From an uncultured bacterium (lineage in GTDB: Bacteria > Patescibacteriota > Minisyncoccia > Moranbacterales > UBA2206): a stretch of DNA of 64,000 nucleotides. The position numbers and the translations under genes are program-made. The DNA is taken from NCBI GenBank assembly GCA_903841185.1, contig CAIMIV010000042.1, positions 11,319 to 75,318 on the forward strand, in the 5' to 3' direction. Below, one piece after another: positions 38,538 to 49,500 of the stretch (position 1 is the stretch's first letter; each line of letters begins with the position of its first letter). Under the pieces are notes generated by a model. The model was given only the letters and a program-made list of their open reading frames with translations, did not search any database and was not told where the DNA came from.

Positions 38538-39554
38538 ATGACCAAGATTGCAATCAATGGCTTCGGTCGCATCGGCAGACCGGCCTTCAAAATCGCTTTT
38601 GAAAAGTCTCGCCAAGGCGGAATGGAAGTGGTGGCGATTAATGACCTGACAGATTTGAAAACCGTGGCGCATCTGCTCAAATATGATTCCAGCTATGGAC
38701 AATACAATCGCAGTGTGGAAGTGGATGAGACTAGTTCAGAGCTGATTATTGATGGACAAAGAATAAAATATCTGATGGAACCTGATCCGGAAAAGCTTCC
38801 TTGGGGAGAATTGGGAGTGGAGATTGTTTTGGAATGTACGGGAATTTTTGAAGATCGGGAAAAATCGCAAAAGCACCTGGCTGCGGGAGCCAAAAAAGTG
38901 ATTCTTTCTGCTCCGCCGAAAGGAGATATTCCGGTATATTTGATTGGTATTAATGAAGAGAAATATAATCCCGAACAGGATCATATTATTTCTAACGGCT
39001 CTTGCACGACCAATTGTTTGGCGCCGATGATAAAAATTTTGGACGAAAATTTTGGCGTAGAAAAAGGTTTTATGACTACTACGCATTCCTATACCAATGA
39101 TCAACGCTTGCAAGATTTGCCGCATCGTGATTTGCGAAGAGCCAGGGCGGCAGCGTTGAATATTATCCCAACCACTACCGGTGCTGCCAAGACGGTAGGA
39201 CTAGTAATGCCGCATCTGGAGGGAAAGTTAGATGGCATCTCTCTGCGCGTGCCGACTCCTGTGGTGTCAATTGTGGATTTCATTTGTACATTGAAAAGAG
39301 ACACTAGCGTGGAAGAATTAAATACTGCCTTTCGAGCGGCAGCTCAGGAGCAGCTAAAGGATATCTTGGCAGTGGAGGAGGGGCAACTGGTTTCTATGGA
39401 TTTCAAGGGCAACCCGCATTCAACGATTGTGGATTTGCCATTGACCATGGCCAATGGCAACCTGGTCAAGGTGGTGGGTTGGTATGATAATGAGTGGGGA
39501 TACTCAAATAGGTTGGTGGAGATGGCCGAATTAGTAGGAAGTAAATTGGCATAA
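38538..39554 (+). CDS. gapA: glyceraldehyde-3-phosphate dehydrogenase
   Basis: KIAINGFGRIGR Rossmann motif and catalytic SNGSCTTNCLAP. Confidence 0.9.
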   Translation: MTKIAINGFGRIGRPAFKIAFEKSRQGGMEVVAINDLTDLKTVAHLLKYDSSYGQYNRSVEVDETSSELIIDGQRIKYLMEPDPEKLPWGELGVEIVLECTGIFEDREKSQKHLAAGAKKVILSAPPKGDIPVYLIGINEEKYNPEQDHIISNGSCTTNCLAPMIKILDENFGVEKGFMTTTHSYTNDQRLQDLPHRDLRRARAAALNIIPTTTGAAKTVGLVMPHLEGKLDGISLRVPTPVVSIVDFICTLKRDTSVEELNTAFRAAAQEQLKDILAVEEGQLVSMDFKGNPHSTIVDLPLTMANGNLVKVVGWYDNEWGYSNRLVEMAELVGSKLA

Positions 39555-39702
39555 TGTAATTTTAATAGTAATTTTTGTAACAAAATTTTTAATTTCCAAT
39601 TTTTAATTTTATAAATAAATCTTAATTTCTAAATTTTTAAACATTAGAAATTAAAACATTATTTAAAAATTACAAAATTAAAAATTATAAAATTATATTC
39701 TC

Positions 39703-41274
39703 ATGTACGACATCATCATAAAAAACGGCACCCTAATTGATGGCAGTGGTGAGCCGATGTATCGAGCGGATATTGGTATTAAGGATGATCGGATAGTGAA
39801 AATCGGAAAATTGCAAAATGAAAAAGGCGAGATTGAAATCGACGCCTCAGATCGTTTGGTTTGTCCGGGATTTGTGGATGTGAATAATCATAGTGATGTG
39901 TATTGGCGAATTTTTTCTAATCCGGAATTGGAAAGTCTCGTTTATCAAGGAATAACCACTATTGTGGGCGGCAACTGCGGCACCTCCCTGGCTCCGCTTT
40001 TGGGCGCCAAAGCGATTGAATCTTTGCAAAAGTGGTCTAATATTGATACAACTAGCTTGAATTGGCTGACAATGGAAGAATTTTTGGATGAAGTGGAAAA
40101 AAGAAAGTTGGCAGTCAATTTTGCCACTTTAGTGGGTCATGCGACGGTGCGTCGAAGGCTGGTAGGGGATGATATGCGCAGCCTTCATTTGAATGAGATT
40201 GATTTTTTAGCCAAAAAAATAAAGGTGGCCATCAAGGATGGGGCGCTGGGCATGTCTTCCGGGCTGGTATATACGCATGCCAGGAGCACTACGGAAGAGG
40301 AATTGTTGGCTTTGGCGAAAGTAATCAAAAAATATGATGGCGTGTACGTGACGCATATGCGCAATGAGGGAGCGGGCCTGCTGGAGTCGGTGGAAGAATC
40401 ATTGGAGATTGCCAGGAAAACAAAAGTTAAATTGCATATTTCTCATCTCAAGGCGGTCGGTGAAGAGAATTGGGGATTAATGGACGCGGCCTTAAATATG
40501 ATTACCCAGGCCAGGGATAATGGTGTCGACGTCACTTTCGATGTCTACCCCTATACTAATATTGGATCAGTACTCTATACCTTGCTGCCTATTTGGGTAA
40601 CGGATGGCGGCAAGAAGATGATGCTTAATCGCTTGAAAGATCCTGCGTTGCGTGTTCGAATAATTGATGATATGAGGGCTTCCGGAGTGGATTATGCTAA
40701 GATTGAGATTGCCAGTTCTTCTTTGGACAAAACCTTGGCTCGCAGAAAAATCGCCGAAATTGCGGCGTCGCAAGAAAAGTCAGTGGAAGAGGCGGTGTTG
40801 GACACTTTGGTTGCTTCGGACGGCCGGATGATTATCTCCATGGATGTTTTAAGCGAAGAAAATATCCAAAAGGCTCTAGTGCATCCCGCTTCAATGATTT
40901 CTACTAATGGAGCAGGGTATCGTGATATCCACGGCCGAACAGGCGAAGTGGTGCATCCCAGAAGCTTTGGGTCTTTTCCTCGAATTTTCCCCGAATATGT
41001 TTTAGGGAAAAGAATTTTGCGCTGGGAAGAGGCTGTGGCTAAAATGACTTCCCTTCCGGCGGAGAAATTTGGCATTGAAAAAAGAGGTCGGTTGAAAGAA
41101 AAATATTATGCCGATATCGTTATTTTCAATCGGGATGAAATTAGAGATTTGGCCACGACAGAGAACCCCTATCAATATAGCCAAGGCATTGATTTCGTGC
41201 TGGTTAACGGACAGGTCCTTTTGCAAGAAGGCCGGTATAATGGGAACAAGGCGGGGGAGGTAATAAGAAGGTAA
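39703..41274 (+). CDS. D-aminoacylase / N-acyl-D-amino-acid deacylase (amidohydrolase family)
   Basis: N-terminal IIKNGTLIDGSG, PGFVDVNNHSD metal-binding motif, 523 aa. Confidence 0.7.
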   Translation: MYDIIIKNGTLIDGSGEPMYRADIGIKDDRIVKIGKLQNEKGEIEIDASDRLVCPGFVDVNNHSDVYWRIFSNPELESLVYQGITTIVGGNCGTSLAPLLGAKAIESLQKWSNIDTTSLNWLTMEEFLDEVEKRKLAVNFATLVGHATVRRRLVGDDMRSLHLNEIDFLAKKIKVAIKDGALGMSSGLVYTHARSTTEEELLALAKVIKKYDGVYVTHMRNEGAGLLESVEESLEIARKTKVKLHISHLKAVGEENWGLMDAALNMITQARDNGVDVTFDVYPYTNIGSVLYTLLPIWVTDGGKKMMLNRLKDPALRVRIIDDMRASGVDYAKIEIASSSLDKTLARRKIAEIAASQEKSVEEAVLDTLVASDGRMIISMDVLSEENIQKALVHPASMISTNGAGYRDIHGRTGEVVHPRSFGSFPRIFPEYVLGKRILRWEEAVAKMTSLPAEKFGIEKRGRLKEKYYADIVIFNRDEIRDLATTENPYQYSQGIDFVLVNGQVLLQEGRYNGNKAGEVIRR

Positions 41275-41277
41275 TGT

Positions 41278-43812
41278 TTGAATAGTATGAATCCTAATCC
41301 GAAAAGTTTTGAATTTACTTCGTACAAAATAAATAAAGAAAAGTCAGCAATAATTTTTTCTTATGAGATGGCTTTTTTTAATGCTGCTCCAATTCAATTC
41401 TCTGAAACAATTTCTTTTAGAGAATCTTTTTCGCTTGAAAATATTCCGGCAGAACTTTTAGAAAATTTATTGCAAAGTGTGCACATTGCACTCGGCGTAA
41501 GTTATTATAAATTATATTGTCCTAAGGAAATAAAAATTAATTCTATTCTCTCCCAAAAACAAGCTGAATTTTGGAATACGGTATATCGCAAGGGTTTGGG
41601 GGAGTTTTTTTATCGCAATCAAATTGATTCTGCGGGGCTGATAAATTTTCCTTTTGAAAAAGAAAAAAATGAAAAAGTATATCGACTAAAAAGAAAGACT
41701 AGATCTCTAGTGGGTATTGGTGGCGGAAAAGATTCTATTGTGGCAGTCGAGTTGCTACGAGAGCAGGGAGATGATGTGACAGCTTTTTTGGTGGAGACGC
41801 AACGGGAGGATAGCATTTCGCAGAATGTTGTATCCAAACTAGAAATTGGCTCAATTAAAATTGAGCGAAAATTGGACGAAAAACTTTTTGGAACATTTGA
41901 GGGAGCGTATAATGGTCATGTGCCCATTTCTTCTATCTTTGCTTTTCTAGGCTATTTAACGGCGATCTTGTACGATTATTCGCAAGTAGTGGTAGCTAAT
42001 GAATATAGTAGTAATTTTGGAAATATTATTTATGAAGGTCAGGAAATAAATCACCAATGGAGCAAATCTATGGAATTTGAAAAACTCTTTCAAGACTATA
42101 CTCGAGAAAATATTTGTCCAGACGTGCTTTATTTTTCTCTGTTGCGACAATTTTACGAAATTCGCATTATGGAGATGTTTGTTAAATATAAAAAATATTT
42201 CCCTATTTTTACCAGTTGCAACCGTAATTTCAGGGTGCATAAGGATAGGCCACAATCTTTGTGGTGCGGGGAATGTCCTAAATGTGTCTTTGCTTGGATT
42301 CTTTCGTCAGCTTTTTTAGAAAAAGAAGAATTGATTTCTATTTTCCATAAAAATCTCTACGATGACAAAAATCTTCTTCCACTATTCAAAGATATTTTAG
42401 GTTATGGCGAGATGAAACCTTTTGATTGCGTGGGAACTTTTGAGGAGTCTCGAGTGGCCTTGCACATGGCCAAGGAAAAATTTCCAGACAGTTTTATTGT
42501 GCAAAATTTGGAAGAAAAATTAGGTAACCAAGACGAGCATAAGCGCATTGTCTTCGGGACAAACGTTGCTCCAACGCTGCCAGACAAGTATAAATTATAT
42601 GGCGTAAAAAACGTGCTTATTGTTGGCTATGGAAAAGAAGGCCAGACGACTGAAAAATATTTGAAAAAATATTTCCCCCAAATAGCGATAGCGGTTGCGG
42701 ATGAAAAAGACGGCGAAAATTATTTAGATAATCAAAATGGTTATGATTTGGCAATAAAAACTCCAGGTTTACAAAAAGAAAAAATAACCATCCCATATAC
42801 CACCGCCACGAACCTGTTTTTTTCTCAGACAAAAAATAATTTGAAAATCGGAGTGACGGGTAGCAAAGGGAAAAGCACTACGGCATCGCTTATCTTTGTT
42901 ATCCTGAAGGAAGCTGGAAAAAAAGTGCGCTTAGTAGGAAACATTGGTGAGCCGATGTTGGAAACTCTACTAGAATCTCTGGATGAAGAAGAAATTTTTG
43001 TGATTGAACTTTCTAGCTATCAATTGGATGATCTGCACTATTCTCCAGAAATAGCTGTGGTGACCAATCTTTTTTCCGAGCATATGAATTATCATGGCAG
43101 TGTAGAAAATTATTATTTAGCTAAACAGAATATTATTAAATATCAGAATGTGGATAACCATTTTATTTTTAATGCTGCTAACGCTGATTTACAATCATGG
43201 ATTTCTCTGGCAAAAGCCAAAAAAGTAGCTTTTAATGAAATTGAAATTGCGCAGATAAAAAGTTCCCTCCTGGGTGATCATAACGCGGACAATATTAAAG
43301 CTGCTATGGCGGTGGCTGATGTTTTGGATATTCCTGATGATATCGTTGTAAGCGCGATAGAAAAATTTCAGCCACTTTTGCACCGTATGGAATTTGTGGG
43401 GGAATTCCGGCAGATAAAATTTTATAATGATGCCAATGCCACAATTCCGGAGGCCACCATAGGAGCCATAGGAGCTCTCCCTGAGGTGGAAACAATCTTT
43501 TTGGGAGGATTGGATAGGGGTTATGATTTTTCTAGCTTGGCGCAAATTATTGACGCGTCAGGAATAAAGAATATAGTATTTTTCCCTGATAGTGGCAGAA
43601 AAATAGAAGAGACATTGCAGATGATTAATCCTACAAAAAAATATAATGTTTTACATACGAAAGATATGGAGGAAGCGGTGCGGTTTGCCTATGCTAATAC
43701 AGGAAATGGAAAAGTTTGCTTGCTTTCAACAGCTTCTCCAAGCTATAGCATTTGGAAAAATTTTGTAGAAAAAGGAGAAAAATTCAAAGAGGCAATTGCA
43801 TGCCTAAAATAG
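41278..43812 (+). CDS. murD: fusion protein: N-terminal PP-loop ATP-pyrophosphatase-like domain plus C-terminal UDP-N-acetylmuramoylalanine-glutamate ligase (MurD)
   Basis: N-domain GIGGGKDS (SGGxDS PP-loop) and CGECPKC. C-domain VLIVGYGKEGQ, Mur ligase P-loop IGVTGSKGKSTT and a Mur C-terminal domain. Confidence 0.7.
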   Translation: MNSMNPNPKSFEFTSYKINKEKSAIIFSYEMAFFNAAPIQFSETISFRESFSLENIPAELLENLLQSVHIALGVSYYKLYCPKEIKINSILSQKQAEFWNTVYRKGLGEFFYRNQIDSAGLINFPFEKEKNEKVYRLKRKTRSLVGIGGGKDSIVAVELLREQGDDVTAFLVETQREDSISQNVVSKLEIGSIKIERKLDEKLFGTFEGAYNGHVPISSIFAFLGYLTAILYDYSQVVVANEYSSNFGNIIYEGQEINHQWSKSMEFEKLFQDYTRENICPDVLYFSLLRQFYEIRIMEMFVKYKKYFPIFTSCNRNFRVHKDRPQSLWCGECPKCVFAWILSSAFLEKEELISIFHKNLYDDKNLLPLFKDILGYGEMKPFDCVGTFEESRVALHMAKEKFPDSFIVQNLEEKLGNQDEHKRIVFGTNVAPTLPDKYKLYGVKNVLIVGYGKEGQTTEKYLKKYFPQIAIAVADEKDGENYLDNQNGYDLAIKTPGLQKEKITIPYTTATNLFFSQTKNNLKIGVTGSKGKSTTASLIFVILKEAGKKVRLVGNIGEPMLETLLESLDEEEIFVIELSSYQLDDLHYSPEIAVVTNLFSEHMNYHGSVENYYLAKQNIIKYQNVDNHFIFNAANADLQSWISLAKAKKVAFNEIEIAQIKSSLLGDHNADNIKAAMAVADVLDIPDDIVVSAIEKFQPLLHRMEFVGEFRQIKFYNDANATIPEATIGAIGALPEVETIFLGGLDRGYDFSSLAQIIDASGIKNIVFFPDSGRKIEETLQMINPTKKYNVLHTKDMEEAVRFAYANTGNGKVCLLSTASPSYSIWKNFVEKGEKFKEAIACLK

Positions 43813-44018
43813 CAGGCAAACAGAGGAAAATGGGGTTTTAGAATTTGAATCCTGTGTTTGATGTAGTGCGTTGCTTTGCCTACATGCCTATGATAGGATA
43901 AAAGTGTTGAAAATATCGGATTGTTGCTGTATGATGAAATAAATAGCGTATAATGTTGGAATAAATAACCCTCCTTGCGGCAAGCTGCGGGGAATTAACT
44001 CTAAAAGTATAAAATGAT

Positions 44019-46496
44019 ATGGAAAATTATCCGCCACACGTAAACTCCAGTTTTAAAGTTGAATCTGTAGTAGAAAAAGATGCCAGCTCTAAATTTACAG
44101 TGAAAATGATGGATGCTGTCAGTATAGTCAGCATTTTTATGCTTTTTTTCGGCTTGCCAATCTTTTTCACCGGGCTATCGCTGCAAGGTATCGTTTTTGA
44201 AAAACAAATGTATTTCTATTTCTGGACACTCCTGGCTTTGATTTGTTGGGCAGGCAAGGGAGTGCTTTTGGGCGAGATGAAAATTCGGCGAACCCCGTTG
44301 GATATTCCAATTTTGTTGTTTTGGGTGGTGTACTTATTGGCAACCGTAATCTCTGTTGACCGCTGGCACAGCTTTGTAGGCCTATCAGTTGATCCATCAC
44401 GAGGTTTCATGAATGTAACAGCTTTGGTGTTGGTATATTATGTCATTATGAGCAATTTCAGTGAAAAAATGTTTCGCTGGATTGTGGGAGCGATTACTTC
44501 TTCCAGTCTGATTGTGTTTGTTTGGTCAACTCTGGGTATTTTGGGCGTTAATTTTTTACCGGCAAAGATAGCCGCATACGCGCCGCTGAGCCTGTTGGGA
44601 ACAGTTTCCAGTTTGGGAATATTTCTGGGCATCATGTTGCCAATTGTTATTACGATCTTGTTTAAGGTACGGGGCAATGATGCAATGCGCAAATGGCTTA
44701 AGAATAGCCTAACAGTGGTGCTTTTGCTTGACTTAGCGCTGAATGTTTTTTTGCTGTTAGCCTTGTATGGATTTGTATCTTGGGTTGTCTTTATGATAGG
44801 TATTGGTTTCTTTTTGATATTTATCTTAGCTAGGATTGTGCGTCCGATCGAGAGTTGGTCATGGGTGCTGATTACAACTTTTATCCTGCTGATGGTTATT
44901 TGGATGTCGGGGGACAGTTTCAAAATAGTGCAGATTAATTTACCGACAGAGGTTAGTCCGGCATATAATCTTTCTTGGCAAGTAGCGAAAGATTCTGTGA
45001 GAAATAATTTTTTCCTGGGAACAGGCGCGGCTTCGTATGGCTATGATTTTTCTTTGTACAAACCGCAAGATTTCAATTTGAATCAGTTGTACAATCTGCG
45101 CTTCTATCAAGGCACGGGAATTGTTTTTGAAGCGCTTTCGACAATCGGTGTAATAGGAATATTGGCATTGGCTTTGATATTGCTATCTTTCATTAGTCTC
45201 AGTGTATTTTATTTGATTGTGCGGAAAGAAAAAGACAAGGTCTATTCTTTGGGATTTGTAACAGCAGCCTTGATTTTCCTTATGTCCGCTGTTTTGAACC
45301 GTGTGGAAGGATCATTGCTGATAGTCGGCAGCCTATTGGCTGTCGTGTCCTTGGCGGTTTTGATTCGGGAGAGTGACTCGGAGGAGAGATTTTTAAAATT
45401 ATCGCTTAAGGCCTCACCTAAATATGCTTTGACGCTAGCGTTTATTTTTATAGTGGTTAGTGCCGGCGTGGCCTACTCATTCGTTTTTGTGGGAAAAATG
45501 TATATCGCAGATTTGTATGCCGGAGCAGCCATGCGTCAAGCGCAAGTCACTGAAGACGGTTCTATTGCGAAAATATTGCGGGCGGCCAATCTGAATAGCA
45601 AAGAGGATAAATATTATACAAACATCGGACAACAGTATATGGTTTTGGCTAATAGTGAAATGCTTAAGCCGAGTGAACAGCGAGACGTGACGGCGGTGCA
45701 GAATTATTTAAATAATTCTATTATGGCTGTGACTCATGCTCGCGATTTGGTGCCTAATGACGTGGCTACTGTGGAAGCTTTGGCGCAAGTGTATGAAAAT
45801 GCCGGTATGTATGTGGCCGATCCTGGGTATGTGGCTGATTCGTTGAAATGGGCAGAAGATACGTATAATCAAGCGTTGAAATTAGAGCCGAACAATCCGA
45901 ATTTTAACTTGGAACTGGGGAAAATCAAGCTTAGCCAAACGGCAATTGCAAAGACTGATGATGAAAAGAAACAACTAGTGGGTCAGGCTAAGGACTTATT
46001 CCAAAAATCAATTGATGAAAAAAATAATTTCGCTCCGGGATATTATCAATTGGCCCTTGCTCAATCAGCGCTGAATGACCTTGATGCGGCCATTGAAACG
46101 ATGGGTAAAGCCAAATATTTTGATAGTGCTAATATTAACTATTTCTTTAGCCAGGCTAGATTGTATCAGCAAAGAGGCAAAGGTGATGACAATAAAACTG
46201 CTGAAGCTATTTTCAAGCAAATTCTGGGCGTGAATGACAAGGAGATCAATACACATTTCAGTTTGGCGATGTTATATGAGAAAATGAATGAAAGAGATCA
46301 GGCGATTACTGAGTACAATCGCGTGATTGAATTGTTGCCAGCGGATAACAAGGACGTGACAGACAAGGTCAAGGCAATGATTGAAAATGTGAAGAACGGA
46401 GTTTCTAATTTGCAAACCAAGGCGGCGGATGTCGCGACTGAATCAGTGCAGTCCGCTGCTCCAGCTCAACCAGCTGCGTCAAAGGTGAATCCATAG
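44019..46496 (+). CDS. O-antigen ligase/oligosaccharyltransferase-like polytopic membrane protein with C-terminal TPR repeats
   Basis: About 12 TM helices with a Wzy_C-like large loop, and a C-terminal ~350 aa with TPR-like repeats. Confidence 0.55.
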   Translation: MENYPPHVNSSFKVESVVEKDASSKFTVKMMDAVSIVSIFMLFFGLPIFFTGLSLQGIVFEKQMYFYFWTLLALICWAGKGVLLGEMKIRRTPLDIPILLFWVVYLLATVISVDRWHSFVGLSVDPSRGFMNVTALVLVYYVIMSNFSEKMFRWIVGAITSSSLIVFVWSTLGILGVNFLPAKIAAYAPLSLLGTVSSLGIFLGIMLPIVITILFKVRGNDAMRKWLKNSLTVVLLLDLALNVFLLLALYGFVSWVVFMIGIGFFLIFILARIVRPIESWSWVLITTFILLMVIWMSGDSFKIVQINLPTEVSPAYNLSWQVAKDSVRNNFFLGTGAASYGYDFSLYKPQDFNLNQLYNLRFYQGTGIVFEALSTIGVIGILALALILLSFISLSVFYLIVRKEKDKVYSLGFVTAALIFLMSAVLNRVEGSLLIVGSLLAVVSLAVLIRESDSEERFLKLSLKASPKYALTLAFIFIVVSAGVAYSFVFVGKMYIADLYAGAAMRQAQVTEDGSIAKILRAANLNSKEDKYYTNIGQQYMVLANSEMLKPSEQRDVTAVQNYLNNSIMAVTHARDLVPNDVATVEALAQVYENAGMYVADPGYVADSLKWAEDTYNQALKLEPNNPNFNLELGKIKLSQTAIAKTDDEKKQLVGQAKDLFQKSIDEKNNFAPGYYQLALAQSALNDLDAAIETMGKAKYFDSANINYFFSQARLYQQRGKGDDNKTAEAIFKQILGVNDKEINTHFSLAMLYEKMNERDQAITEYNRVIELLPADNKDVTDKVKAMIENVKNGVSNLQTKAADVATESVQSAAPAQPAASKVNP

Positions 46497-46583
46497 CTTT
46501 TTTATTGCGTGCAACTGACCTAAATGATATAATAAAACCACGGAAAAAGAATAAATTCCCTAAACTAAAAAACAAAGAAAAAC

Positions 46584-49500
46584 ATGTCGCAAGCTGAGGA
46601 ATCATGCTCGATTTTTGAAAAATATAAACTGCACAAAAATTACTTCTTGTTGTTTGTAGTTTTTTGTGTCTTTGCCTTACTCAAATATCTTTCTCGATAC
46701 GAATCTTTGAGCAATTTTGTCATGGGGGCAATAGCCGTTTCCCCCTTCATCCTAACCACTGCTTTTCTCACTTGGGTCTATCTGAAGGATCGCAAGAACC
46801 ATGTCTTGTATAAGCTGATGATGAAGCAGGATGTTTTTCTCAAACTGGCTTTCAAATTGACTCTATCAGTTCTGGTGATATTGGTGGTTTTGTTTCCGGG
46901 CGATTGGAAACCGCTGTTGAATTTTTTTGATGTCGTCCGCCGGTCATTTTCCCTGGAGATGTATTTTCTTATTGCCTCATATCTCGCCGCCTTCATTCTC
47001 GCCGGCGAACTGATTTCTTTTTTTGTACGCTTGTATCAAATCAGTGTAGGCACCTATCATCACAAGATTTATCATGTTTTTAAAAAAACCCTCTACTCGA
47101 CTTTTTTTGTTTTTTTCCTGTTATTGCTTTTTTCCGTCCTGACTTATCCGCAAGCTTTCTATCCGATTACCGACGCTGTGTCCGATGTCATGTTCACCGT
47201 TAGTCAAGGTACCGTGGCTTTGTCTAAGTTATCCGGCGGGGAATTGCAAAGCAATACTTCGCTACTTAATCTGGCTAAGAATGCTTTTTCCAAAACTTCC
47301 TCCAATCTAGTCCGCAAGATGGATACAACTCAGTCGGATCTGGCCAAGTCTGTAGCACTCAGCCGGGATGCCCTTGTGCAATCGGTAGCGGACACTTCCA
47401 AAAATCTGACCGAATCGACTAATGGCAAAGTATCTTCCGATGGCGGCAAGATCAGTGGGGCGGTGGTTCTGTCCGGCAAAGGTTCTGACTTGACAGTGGA
47501 GGGCACCACTATCACTAAAGACATTCTACCGGATGCATCGTTGTCATATAATTTGGGCAGCGCAGGCAAGACTTGGAACACGGTGTATGCTCATCGCCTC
47601 ATCGGAGCGTCCCCGGTTTTCATCGGCACCGGTTCTTCCGCTCAAGGTTTGACTAATGATGGCGACCTAGTCGTGTCAAGCGATTTGGAAGTGCGAGGGA
47701 AAATTTATGCCACGCAAATTATCGGACCGGTTTCGAACACAAATAAATTTGAAGGCGGAATAATAACCAGTAGCATCGTTCCGGATGGATCAAATATCAA
47801 CCTCGGCAGCGCCAGCAATCATTTTTCCACGGTCTATGCCAACAGTCTCGTGGGTGTGCCTTTGAATTTTCTGCCGCTGATCGGTGGCACGCTTTCCGGT
47901 AATTTGAATTTAGGCAATCATAGTTTTACCACTTTCAATTCAGTCCTAGTGGACAATCTCAATGCGGATTTGTTGGATGGCAGTCAGGCCAGTGCTTTTG
48001 CCATGCTCAACGGCAGAAGTGGCGGACAAACAATCACTGGCGACACAGCGGCCGGCGGTAATCTGACCTTGTCTTCTACGAACAATGCTGCCAAAGGCAA
48101 AATAGTTTTTGGCAATTCTGCCTATGATGAAAAATCTAATCGATTGGGAATTGGCACAAACACTCCGGGCGCTCTGCTGCACCTGAACAATGCCACTGCC
48201 GGCCAAAAATCTTTGATCATCCAAGGTGCGCAAAACCAATCCGCTAATTTGGTGGAAATCTATGGCTATGATTCCGGTGGCATTCCGAATGGCCAGACTT
48301 TTGACAACGCGCCGGTTTTTGATGACGCGCATACCTTTGACAACGCACCGTCTTTGATCAATCTAACTTTTGATAATAATCCTTCTAGTCTATCTGCCAT
48401 CGCCAATTACAACAGCAGTTCAGCCTACAGCGCTTACAACAATTCGCATTCGTTGAAAATATATGCCTACAAAATAATCAACGGAATTAAAATTTTTAAT
48501 CCGACGCCGATTGTAACTGCATTGAATGACGACAACAGCGGTCGTACCTACACTATCAGCTGGTCTTGGTCGCCAGCCACGGATGCGGATGGTTATCGCA
48601 TCTTCAAATCCATTAGTGACGGCTCAGCTAATTTTGATAAATTCACGGATGTAGTCGGCACGAGTTTCTACGACACTGGCGCCACTGATTTTTCTCAAGA
48701 CGGAACCTTTGACGGACGCACGAGCTTGGCCTATGCGGTCAATTACAATACCGGTTCAAGCTACGCGGCTAACGGCAGTCAGCATCAATTAGTAGTGTAT
48801 GCCTATGAATTGCATAATGGCGTCAAAATTTTCAATAACGCGCCGTTGCACATCATCCCACAGATTGATTCCAGTGGTCGAAATTTTTCTCTGGATTATT
48901 CGTGGACAGCGGCCAGTGGCGCCGACGGTTATCGGGTGTTTGACTATGACAGCTCCGCCGGAATCTATGTCAGTCGCTATGCAGACATCACGACTACGAA
49001 CTTCCATGATGCCGGTCAAAATGATTTCACGAGCAGCGGAACATTCAATGGATCTACGAGCTATACCGACGGCCATGTAGTCAATTATGGCTCCGGTTCG
49101 AGCTACGTTGCCAATGGCCAAGAACACGGCGTACGCGTCTATGCATATAAAGAATATGCCGGCACCAAGATTTTCAATCCGGATTATGCGCAAGCCCAGT
49201 TTACTGACAATAACAGCGGTCAGCACTATACCATCGATTGGTCATGGACGGCGGCCGCGGGTGCCACCGGTTATCGCGTGTTTGATTTCGACAGTGGCAA
49301 CAGCATCAATTTTGATAAATATAGCGATGTCACTAATTCCAATTTCCAAGACGCCAGTCCCGGCAGCTTCACTCACACTGGTACTTTTGACGGCATGACG
49401 GAATATACCGGTTCGATGATGGCTTCTATTTCCAAAGACGGCATTATCGACGCCGCTGGTTTTTCCATCAATGGCGTGGCGCTTAGCGTTTCCGGCTGGG

